Shown: positions 35,158 through 42,122 of the stretch, piece after piece
How the letters are laid out: every line of letters starts with the position of its first letter
Numbering within the stretch: the stretch's first letter is position 1
Virus record (IMG/VR): IMGVR_UViG_2778261299_000011
Reading direction: 5' to 3' (one strand)
Length of the DNA: 42,122 nucleotides
Source of the DNA: a virus
Lineage: Duplodnaviria > Heunggongvirae > Uroviricota > Caudoviricetes
Translations under genes and position numbers: made by a program
The notes under the pieces: generated by a model
The model's database searches: none
What the model was told of the DNA's origin: nothing
Seen by the model: only the letters and a program-made list of their open reading frames with translations

Positions 35158-35913
35158 ATGGCAGTATCTGACCAGACCCGCAGCGGCGACCTTGCTGAAA
35201 CATTCAAATCTGAACGGGAAACAACAAAGAACCAGATCCGAGTCGCTTTGCCTGGCATCGTCCAGTCATTCGATCCTGACGCTGTGACGGCGGTTGTGCA
35301 GCCTTCTATCCGTTCGGTTGAAACGGATAACGACGGCAATCGCGTTACCAAAAATTACCCGCTGCTGGTGGATGTGCCAGTGGTATTCCCGCGCGGCGGA
35401 GGATGCACGCTAACGTTCCCGGTTAAAGCCGGTGATGAATGTTTGGTGATTTTTGCCGATCGTTGTATTGATTTCTGGTGGCAGAACGGCGGAATACAGG
35501 AGCCTGTTGATGACAGAATGCATGATTTATCGGATGCGTTTTGTATTGTAGGTCCCCAGTCGCAGGCGCAGAAAATCAGCGGAATCAGCACCAGCGCCGC
35601 GCAACTGCGTACTGATGATGGCGCTGCGTTTGTGGAAGTGGCCGCAGGCCATAACATCACGGTTCAAACCCCCGGCGCGCTGACGGCGACAGCAGAAGGA
35701 GGAACCACGATCACATCACCCACCATCACGCTAAACGGCAACGTGACAATAAACGGGAATCTTTCTCAGGGGATGGGCGAAAGCGGCGGCACCGCGACGA
35801 TGCTTGGCCCTGTCACGGTGACTAACGATGTAAAAGCTGGTGGTAAGAGCCTGATGACGCACACGCACGGCGGAGTACAGACCGGCGGCGGTAACACAGG
35901 AGCGCCTAACTGA
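35158..35913 (+). CDS. Baseplate central spike (Mu gp45 / gpV-type), 251 aa
   Basis: An OB-fold-like N-domain (…VALPGIVQSFDPD…VQP…), a beta-helical repeat region (ITSPTITLNGNVTINGNL) and the tip motif MTHTHGG (HxH metal site). Confidence 0.8.
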   Translation: MAVSDQTRSGDLAETFKSERETTKNQIRVALPGIVQSFDPDAVTAVVQPSIRSVETDNDGNRVTKNYPLLVDVPVVFPRGGGCTLTFPVKAGDECLVIFADRCIDFWWQNGGIQEPVDDRMHDLSDAFCIVGPQSQAQKISGISTSAAQLRTDDGAAFVEVAAGHNITVQTPGALTATAEGGTTITSPTITLNGNVTINGNLSQGMGESGGTATMLGPVTVTNDVKAGGKSLMTHTHGGVQTGGGNTGAPN

Positions 35914-36266
35914 TGCGATACAGACGTGAAGACGCCGTTGGCGATTACACCTTTGGCAGCGGTGATGACACCTGGCTGATTAACTCACCGGAGGCCGTGG
36001 CGCAGGCGGTAAAAACGCGATTCGAATTGTGGTATGGGCAATGGTTTCTCGACACCACTGAGGGGACTCCGTGGATCCAGTCCGTACTCGGTAAGCAGAA
36101 GCCGGAAACCTACAACCTGGCGATCCGTAAGCGCATCCTCGAAACGCGGGGCGTTAAATCAATCCTCTCTTTCAATACGACGGTGGATACCACGACCCGA
36201 CGTGTCATGTTTTCCGCTGAAATCGACACTCTTTATGGAATAACGACTGTTACATCGGAGGCGTAA
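35913..36266 (+). CDS. Baseplate wedge protein (gp25/GPW-position), 117 aa
   Basis: ATGA junctions on both sides. The call is positional. Confidence 0.5.
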   Translation: MRYRREDAVGDYTFGSGDDTWLINSPEAVAQAVKTRFELWYGQWFLDTTEGTPWIQSVLGKQKPETYNLAIRKRILETRGVKSILSFNTTVDTTTRRVMFSAEIDTLYGITTVTSEA

Positions 36267-37465
36267 TGGCTCTGAACCTTGATTCTCTTGGTTTATCTGC
36301 AAAGGTAACCGCAGAGGGGATCAGTGCGCCTGATTATCAGACGATACTCAGCACCCTGATTAGCTATTTTCAGCAGATTTATGGCAGTGATGCCTACCTC
36401 GAACCGGACAGCAAAGACGGCCAGATGGTGGCTCTGATAGCGCTGGCGATTCATGATGCCAATAATATGGCGATAACTGTCTACAACTGTTTTTCACCGG
36501 CAACCGGCTATGGGGCTGCACTGACCAGCAACGTGAAAATAAATGGTATTTCACGTAAAGGTGCGACGAACTCTACGGTTGATTTGCTTCTTACAGGAAC
36601 TGCCGGAACAACCATCATTAATGGCAGCGTGAAAGACAGTAATAATGTGATATGGCGTTTGCCTGCTTCAGTGGTGGTCGGCGTGGATGGTACAGTGATG
36701 GCGACCGCAACATGTTCTGTCAGTGGTGCAGTGGCGGCGCTGGATGGAACTATCACTGAAATTAATACGCCAACCCGTGGCTGGGTTTCGGTAACCAATC
36801 CTGCTGCGGCTACTGTGGGCACTCCGGCAGAAACTGATGCGGAGTTACGTATCCGCCAGTCGCAAAGTGTTGCATTGCCATCAATAACCCCATTTGAAGC
36901 ACTGGATGGTGCTGTTTCTAATGTTACCGGTGTAACCCGCCACAAACTCTATGAAAACGATACTGGTTCGGAGGACGGTAACGGGTTACCACCACACTCT
37001 GTTGCTGTAATTGTGGATGGCGGTGATGTGACGGATATTGCTCAGGCTATCAGAGGGAATAAAGGTCAGGGGACAGCCACTCACGGTACAACATCCGTTA
37101 CGGTTCCGGATAAATACGGCAATCCCCATGTAATCAAATTCTCGCGTTCCAGTGATGTACCTGTTTATGCCCGGATTAAATTAAAAGTTTTTACGGGTTA
37201 TACCTCACAGATAGGGCAGCAGATCCAGCAGGCTATTTCCGACTATATCAATAGTCTGACGATTGGTGATTCAGTCCTTTTAAGTCGCATTTACTCACCG
37301 GCCAATCTTGGCGTGGTGAGTGGCGGGAATGCACGCTATTACGATATTCAGGAACTGACGATTGGGAAATCCCCGGGGGCTTTGTCGTCATCAAACATTG
37401 ATATCAGATACAACGAATCTGCGTCCTGTACCCCGGAAAATATCGTTATAACGGTGGAGTCATGA
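36266..37465 (+). CDS. Baseplate J-like protein (Mu gp47/P2 gpJ family), 399 aa
   Basis: Size and position fit, and the N-terminal region is typical of the baseplate J family. Confidence 0.7.
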   Translation: MALNLDSLGLSAKVTAEGISAPDYQTILSTLISYFQQIYGSDAYLEPDSKDGQMVALIALAIHDANNMAITVYNCFSPATGYGAALTSNVKINGISRKGATNSTVDLLLTGTAGTTIINGSVKDSNNVIWRLPASVVVGVDGTVMATATCSVSGAVAALDGTITEINTPTRGWVSVTNPAAATVGTPAETDAELRIRQSQSVALPSITPFEALDGAVSNVTGVTRHKLYENDTGSEDGNGLPPHSVAVIVDGGDVTDIAQAIRGNKGQGTATHGTTSVTVPDKYGNPHVIKFSRSSDVPVYARIKLKVFTGYTSQIGQQIQQAISDYINSLTIGDSVLLSRIYSPANLGVVSGGNARYYDIQELTIGKSPGALSSSNIDIRYNESASCTPENIVITVES

Positions 37466-38142
37466 GCAAATACACCGAACTAATCACGAACTACCACGCC
37501 ACCAAACCTAAATTTCTTGCGCATGTTGATCTGATGACCCGGCCGCTTATTGATGTTGCGGCTGCCACCAGAGGGCTGATTACTGCATTTGATATTGACT
37601 CTGCGGTTGGTGTGCAACTTGACATTCTGGGATTGTGGATCGGACGTAGCCGTGTTGTCAGCCAGCCTATCTCAGGTGTCTATTTCAGCTGGGATACCGA
37701 CGGGCTTGGATATGATCAGGGGGTATGGCAGGGGCCATATGATCCTGATTCTGGATACATGTATCTCAGCGATGAAACTTATCGTGTCATTCTTAAAGCG
37801 AAGATTGCGATTAATAACTGGGACGGACGGAATGATTCGCTTCCGGCAATTCTTGACGCGGCAACAGCAGGATCCGGGCTGCGAATGCAGATTGTCGATA
37901 ACCAGGACATGACGATATCGGTCTGGGTCTTTCCTGATACTGATATTTCAGATGTATCGCGTGAGTTAATTGCTGCAATTAAACAGGGATATCTCACAGT
38001 AAAAGCCGCCGGGGTGTGGGCGGGTGGCATTGAAACACCTTCGGTGGAAACCCCATCGGAAGGTTCAAAATTTTTTGGTTTTGATATGGATAACGAATTC
38101 ATCAGTGGTTTTGATGTAGGGGCATGGGGAGTATTACTCTGA
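37462..38142 (+). CDS. Baseplate/tail-fibre adaptor protein (DUF2612-like, from memory), 226 aa
   Basis: Lies between the J-like and tail-fibre genes, with overlapping junctions. Confidence 0.55.
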   Translation: MSKYTELITNYHATKPKFLAHVDLMTRPLIDVAAATRGLITAFDIDSAVGVQLDILGLWIGRSRVVSQPISGVYFSWDTDGLGYDQGVWQGPYDPDSGYMYLSDETYRVILKAKIAINNWDGRNDSLPAILDAATAGSGLRMQIVDNQDMTISVWVFPDTDISDVSRELIAAIKQGYLTVKAAGVWAGGIETPSVETPSEGSKFFGFDMDNEFISGFDVGAWGVLL

Positions 38143-38960
38143 TGGCAAAAAATGACTTTAAAGCATTCGCAACGGGTAAAAATGCCAATGTTATGTCGCA
38201 GGAGGAATGGGAAGCGTTGCCTGCGCTTTTATCCGGATTTACAGCAGGGAAAGCATCCAGTGCGCAAGTCAATAAGGTTATTCGGCAGGCCAGCTTTATT
38301 GCTGCAGCTCTGGCCCAGTTTGTAAGTGACAAAACGCAACGGGATGTGCTTGATAATGGTGATCTGCCCGGTTTTGTTGAATTGCTGGGATCGGGGTTTG
38401 CTGTTGAATACCTGAGCCGCAAGAATCCGTTTGGTGATATCAAATCGGATGGCACGGTGAAAACGGCTCTCGAAAACCTTGGTTTGGGAGAAGGCTCAGC
38501 ATTACCTGTTGGGGTGCCTGTTCCGTGGCCTTCAGCCACTCCGCCAACAGGCTGGTTGAAATGCAATGGTGCGGCTTTTTCTGCTGAAGAATATCCCAAA
38601 CTGGCAAAGGTTTATCCGACAAATAAATTGCCTGATTTACGTGGTGAGTTTATTCGTGGCTGGGATGATGGGCGTGGTATTGATGCTGGGCGTGCTTTAT
38701 TGAGCCTTCAGGCTGGAATGCTGGAAAAACACCGCCATATGGTTGTAGCCAACGATGGGTATGATTCAAAAGAGGAATGGGAACTGGCGGCAATCTTCAG
38801 AAAAGCATATACGCAAGGCCGGGGGCTTGATGCTGCCGATGCCGGAGGGACTCTGATTCCATCACCAACGCTACATACACGAGGGAGTATTGGTAACACA
38901 GGTGGGAGAGAAACCCGTCCACGAAATATTGCATTTAACTATATCGTGAGAGCTGCGTAA
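38142..38960 (+). CDS. Tail fibre protein (constant N-part + currently expressed variable C-part with phage tail-collar domain), 272 aa
   Basis: ATG 38142 (ATGA overlap) gives [33 protein letters not shown]. The collar-domain motif is [38 protein letters not shown]...[19 protein letters not shown]. The invertase crossover site lies inside the gene at 38467-38492. Confidence 0.85.
   Translation: MAKNDFKAFATGKNANVMSQEEWEALPALLSGFTAGKASSAQVNKVIRQASFIAAALAQFVSDKTQRDVLDNGDLPGFVELLGSGFAVEYLSRKNPFGDIKSDGTVKTALENLGLGEGSALPVGVPVPWPSATPPTGWLKCNGAAFSAEEYPKLAKVYPTNKLPDLRGEFIRGWDDGRGIDAGRALLSLQAGMLEKHRHMVVANDGYDSKEEWELAAIFRKAYTQGRGLDAADAGGTLIPSPTLHTRGSIGNTGGRETRPRNIAFNYIVRAA
38467..38492 (+). repeat. Left 26-bp invertase crossover site (pix/gix-like)
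   Basis: CTCTCGAAAACCTTGGTTTGGGAGAA. Its reverse complement TTCTCCCAAACCAAGGTTTTCGAGAG shares its first 14 nt with the right site. Confidence 0.75.
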
Positions 38961-39562
38961 TGGATAAAGCCGTATTAAATAGCGAACTTATTGCCACGAA
39001 GGCGGGGAATATTACCGTCTATAACTATGATGGTGAAACACGGGAATATATTTCTGAATCAACTGAATATCTTGCTGTTGGCGTCGGTATTCCCGCACAT
39101 TCGTGTTTAGATGCTCCTGGTTCATATAAGTCAGGTTATGTGTCCTGTCGAACTCTGGATTTGAGATCATGGGAATATGTGCCAGACCATCGCGGTGAAA
39201 TCGTCTATAACACCGAAACGGGGGACTCAAAAGAAATCACAGTGCCGGGAGATTACCCTGAAAAGACAACCACTATTGCTCCGTTAACACCATACGATAA
39301 GTGGGATGGTGAGAAATGGGTGACGGATACCAAAGCGCAACATAACGCAGCAGTGGAAGGGGCTGAACTGCAACGCCAGTCACTGATTGATGATGCCATG
39401 TCTTCCATTGTTCTGATTCAACTAAAATTGCAGGCCGGGCGGAAGCTGACGCAGGCAGAAACCACCCGACTTAACGCTGTGCTGGATTACATTGACGCGG
39501 TGACGGCAACAGATTCCAGCACCGCGCCGGATGTCATCTGGCCTGAACTGCCGGAGGCGTAG
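38960..39562 (+). CDS. Tail fibre assembly protein (Tfa/U), 200 aa
   Basis: ATGA-type overlap with the fibre gene. The C-terminal ...LNAVLDYIDAVTATDSSTAPDVIWPELPEA is the Tfa hallmark. Confidence 0.85.
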   Translation: MDKAVLNSELIATKAGNITVYNYDGETREYISESTEYLAVGVGIPAHSCLDAPGSYKSGYVSCRTLDLRSWEYVPDHRGEIVYNTETGDSKEITVPGDYPEKTTTIAPLTPYDKWDGEKWVTDTKAQHNAAVEGAELQRQSLIDDAMSSIVLIQLKLQAGRKLTQAETTRLNAVLDYIDAVTATDSSTAPDVIWPELPEA

Positions 39563-39977
39563 GCCATTCAATATCTGGCGCACTGGAGGTATCAACCAGT
39601 TCCAGTGCGTCCAGATAATCCAGCCACAAATTATATTGCGCCAGTTCGTCACCTTTCAGACGACCAATAGCGGCTTTACCGGGCCATTGCTTACTGTTCA
39701 TGTATTCGTTGGCCTGGTTAATTAGTAGCTGTCTTTCTGATTCAGTAATTTCAATAAGCTCTTCATGAGTAGGTGGAGGAATATCTGCCCACGCAGGCAG
39801 CCCATCATCTCCGGCAATACGGATTTTTCCTTGTGGCGGTTCAGCCATAAACTCACTGATAATATTTTGATTTACTTCCTTAGCGTCTGATAAATCCCAT
39901 CCCTCTGATTTATATTTATCAATCATATCCACAGGAAAAAAAGCATTATGCCTTGCGCTATAAACATATTCGTTCAT
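39534..39977 (-). CDS. Alternative tail fibre assembly protein (U'), 147 aa
   Basis: ATG 39977 follows AGGGTG. The C-terminal ...YNLWLDYLDALELVDTSSAPDIEWPTPP is the Tfa hallmark. Convergent with U. Confidence 0.8.
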   Translation of the reverse strand: MNEYVYSARHNAFFPVDMIDKYKSEGWDLSDAKEVNQNIISEFMAEPPQGKIRIAGDDGLPAWADIPPPTHEELIEITESERQLLINQANEYMNSKQWPGKAAIGRLKGDELAQYNLWLDYLDALELVDTSSAPDIEWPTPPAVQAR

Positions 39978-39997
39978 ATAAATCACCCTGAATAAAA

Positions 39998-40369
39998 TTA
40001 CTCACCAACAGCCCACCAACTGTAATTCATCGATACCGTGTCGCTGGTTGATGACGTTCTGTAAGCAGAATTAAAGCCGGTTAACGTTGGGCCTTCTGCA
40101 GTCATCACGAACCCTCGCCCAGCGCCTAAAGGCGCACCGCCATCACCAGAATGAGTAAGCATGGCGCAGTCCGCTTTTTTGGGGAAAGGGATGCTGAATG
40201 TAATTCTCATTGTTTGCGTCGATAATGTCGGCGTAACCGCACCACGACCATATTGCAGGATTTTCCCGTTGGGTAATTTCATCCATCCATCACCACTGGC
40301 AAAAGAGGCCATGTCCGGTATCTGATTTCCCCCTGTCCCCACATCCCGTTTTGCCGCTTCTCCCAAACC
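39998..40369 (-). CDS. Alternative tail-fibre C-terminal segment (Sv'), silent in this orientation
   Basis: An open frame with no start of its own begins within the right crossover site (…NVGLGEAAKRDVGTGGNQIPDMASF…WWAVGE). Inversion would fuse it to fibre codons 1-~115. Confidence 0.75.
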   Translation of the reverse strand, partial: GLGEAAKRDVGTGGNQIPDMASFASGDGWMKLPNGKILQYGRGAVTPTLSTQTMRITFSIPFPKKADCAMLTHSGDGGAPLGAGRGFVMTAEGPTLTGFNSAYRTSSTSDTVSMNYSWWAVGE

Positions 40370-40383
40370 AACGTTTATGAAAA
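40358..40383 (+). repeat. Right 26-bp invertase crossover site
   Basis: TTCTCCCAAACCAACGTTTATGAAAA, in inverted orientation relative to 38467-38492, with a 12-bp identical core GGTTTGGGAGAA. Confidence 0.75.
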
Positions 40384-40437
40384 TGCAGAAATAATGAGCA
40401 AATGGCATCATTCCTGCTTTTGTCAGGGGGATCTACC

Positions 40438-40546
40438 ATGCTTATTGGCTATGTACGCGTGTCAACAAATGACCAGAACACAGATCTACAACGTAATGCA
40501 CTGAACTGTGCAGGATGCGAGCTGATTTTTGAAGACAAGATAAGTA
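40438..40546 (+). pseudogene. pin: Truncated Din-family serine invertase (pin), first 36 codons only
   Basis: MLIGYVRVSTNDQNTDLQRNALNCAGCELIFEDKIS is identical, as I recall, to the e14 Pin N-terminus. Homology and GC content then break. The catalytic Ser is present, but about 150 residues, including the HTH, are missing. Confidence 0.85.
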
Positions 40547-40608
40547 GTGCTATGGGGGTTAGGCATTATAATTGGTTGTTAAAAATCAATAAGTTTTGTA
40601 TTGTTGTG

Positions 40609-41142
40609 ATGATATTACCATCATGTTACAAGGTGTGGATTTTGGCGAAGTTACTATATGTAAAACCTATAACGATAAAAAAAGCAAATGAATTTGTTTC
40701 TATTTATCATCGACACCATCGACCAACGTCAAGGAATTCGGGCAGATGGGCTATAGCTGCCTACCACATAGATTCTGATGAATTGGTTGGTGTAGCGATA
40801 GTTGGAAATCCCGTATCTGCAACGTACATGGATGGTGTGACGGCAGAGATTACACGATTATGTGTCAGTGACAAATCTCCAAAAGGAACTTGCTCCTTTC
40901 TGATTAGTCGATGTAGCACAATCTGGAAAATGATGGGAGGAGAAAAAATTATTACCTATACTCTAAGCAGTGAAACAGGCGCATCTTTAAAAGGTGCTGG
41001 GTGGCAGTTAGTTGGGACTGTACATCCTCATAATCGTTGGGCCGATAAAGCAAAGCAGGATGGAATAATTAGGGATAATTTAGAAATATATAAACTGAAG
41101 AAATTTCGTTGGGAATGTTTACTCGGGGAGGTTCTAATATGA
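40609..41142 (+). CDS. GNAT-fold-like small protein (XF1762/Mom-type pattern), about 166-177 aa; start uncertain (ATG 40609, or TTG 40642 with AAGGTG SD)
   Basis: KPITIKKANEFVSIYHRHHRP, VGVAIVGNPVS, EITRLCVSD, CSFLISRC and IITYTLSSETGASLKGAGWQ match the pattern of a small phage/prophage acyltransferase-fold family from memory. The gene is AT-rich. Confidence 0.6.
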   Translation: MILPSCYKVWILAKLLYVKPITIKKANEFVSIYHRHHRPTSRNSGRWAIAAYHIDSDELVGVAIVGNPVSATYMDGVTAEITRLCVSDKSPKGTCSFLISRCSTIWKMMGGEKIITYTLSSETGASLKGAGWQLVGTVHPHNRWADKAKQDGIIRDNLEIYKLKKFRWECLLGEVLI

Positions 41143-42122
41143 GAGTTATGGCAGCGTTTAGCTCTGATTCCAGAGAACAATATAAAGCTGATATATTCAA
41201 GGTGTTAAGTTTGCCAAAAGGTGATGTCATTCATTTTAGATACAAAAAGAAATATGTTGAGGCTTGCATTTATCAACAACGGCAAGCGATAGTTGGTAGT
41301 GATGTATTCATTTATTTTTCGCAAGGAAATACAATGAATGAAAATAAAAAATTGATCCATAAATCAATTAGGAAGGCGAAAATAATTTCGTTTGACTGGA
41401 GTGATATGACCGAACTTTATCATGTTCGGATGATTCTTGGGGATTTTATTAATGCTGAAATTTGTAATCAGGGAGATGATGGGCTTTTCTTAAAATATAT
41501 AGAATGTAACGATTCTGATTATTATAGCAACTGGAAAAGTAGGGTGGAAGAAGTTAGGTGCGCATTTCCTGATATGATGTTTTTTTCTATTGATGGTATC
41601 CTTGACTCTCTAGGAAGAAGAGTTATTCCGAAATACAACCCTCAAAGTAAAGGGTGTTTCTATGAAGTATATCATGGTGATAGGTACACTATAAATATAA
41701 AAGTAGCGAATCTTGATGGAGCTTCTAAAAAATTACTTATAAATTGTAGTCCTGATGATGTTGTGATTGCACATTGTAATCCTATAGAATCATCTGTTGA
41801 TTATGATGATATTTATATTCCACTTAATATCAAAACGTTGCCTTTTTTTAAACACTCAAACTTTTTATCATATAAAGTAATTAATGTAGAAAGTGACGGC
41901 ACTAGTGGGAATTCTAATGGTGAAATTAAAGGGGGTGGGGTGGGTAAAAATGTTGACTTTGATATGTATACAGTGGCACAAGAACTATGTCTGAGACTTA
42001 ATTTAAAAAGTGCTATTATGTTTGGATTGTTATGTTTGATGGCTTTTTTGGCAATGGTATTCGTTAGTGATAAAAATACAATGATTGTTTGGCCCTATAT
42101 TAAAATAGGTATGTCGGCTATT
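41139..42122 (+). CDS. Unknown large protein, at least 328 aa, 3'-truncated by the window end; hydrophobic helix near residue 300
   Basis: Hand translation from ATG 41139 (ATGA overlap with the previous stop) is open to the last base. Product starts MRVMAAFSSDSREQYKADIFKVLSLPKGDVIHFRYKKKYVE and includes ...AIMFGLLCLMAFLAMVFVSDKN... It is absent from the supplied ORF track. Confidence 0.65.
   Translation, partial: MRVMAAFSSDSREQYKADIFKVLSLPKGDVIHFRYKKKYVEACIYQQRQAIVGSDVFIYFSQGNTMNENKKLIHKSIRKAKIISFDWSDMTELYHVRMILGDFINAEICNQGDDGLFLKYIECNDSDYYSNWKSRVEEVRCAFPDMMFFSIDGILDSLGRRVIPKYNPQSKGCFYEVYHGDRYTINIKVANLDGASKKLLINCSPDDVVIAHCNPIESSVDYDDIYIPLNIKTLPFFKHSNFLSYKVINVESDGTSGNSNGEIKGGGVGKNVDFDMYTVAQELCLRLNLKSAIMFGLLCLMAFLAMVFVSDKNTMIVWPYIKIGMSAI

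Larger units (their letters stand above)
38467..40383. other. Invertible tail-fibre segment (Mu G / e14 P-type): Sv-U / U'-Sv'
   Basis: Inverted 26-bp sites flank two convergent sets of fibre C-terminus plus assembly chaperone. Both joints read in frame (ENLGLGEG... versus ...NVGLGEAA...). Confidence 0.8.

Noticed and set aside
40546-40640. An IS or transposon end at the pin truncation junction
   Set aside because: No transposase gene, terminal inverted repeat or target duplication is visible in the window. The right end of the insertion lies outside the window, so the mechanism cannot be assigned.
40402-41142. The 246-aa track ORF taken as a single protein
   Set aside because: It is a chimeric frame. 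It runs through the 36-codon pin fragment and across the composition and homology break at about 40546 into the GNAT-like gene. The functional start is more likely ATG 40609 or TTG 40642.

Overview
This window is a near-complete lambdoid prophage of E. coli type, running from the stop codon of int (position 1) into an AT-rich cargo region that runs off the right edge. The left 17.7 kb is a lambda/P22 mosaic. It holds lambda-like int-xis, the exo-xis region ORFs, exo-bet-gam-kil-cIII-ea10-ral and sieB. It also holds an N-family antiterminator with matching nutL/nutR boxB hairpins and a P22-type immunity region (c2, cro, c1, 18-bp operators). Lambda O (with ori iterons), P, ren, the nin region, a Q-family antiterminator, pR'/tR', two tRNAs (Asn-GUU, Thr-UGU) and lambda S/R plus an Rz/Rz1 pair follow. 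The right 24 kb is a non-lambda myovirus-type morphogenesis module: small and large terminase, portal, MuF-like protein, scaffold, capsid, neck, sheath, tube, frameshifted chaperone, tape measure, baseplate and tail fibre. It ends in a Mu/e14-style invertible tail-fibre segment. Family names are from motif recognition by eye, not searches. Accessory insertions are the most interesting part: (1) an AT-rich cassette that truncates the pin invertase after codon 36 and encodes a Mom/XF1762-like GNAT-fold protein translationally coupled to a large unrecognisable membrane-anchored protein, cut by the window end; (2) a promoter-operator-two-gene-terminator moron inside the baseplate operon, pairing a YafO-family toxin-like protein with a 190-aa partner unlike the YafN antitoxin; (3) an antisense-oriented gene between lysis and terminase with an R-[ST][ST]-ExE ADP-ribosyltransferase-like signature; (4) a small island between xis and the ea22-like gene holding a low-GC 142-aa protein, a UmuD-like fragment and a secreted SH3b-like protein. 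Also noted are two in-frame TGA interruptions (Dam-like methyltransferase, Ea22-like gene) and a GGGAAAT -1 frameshift site in the tail chaperone.
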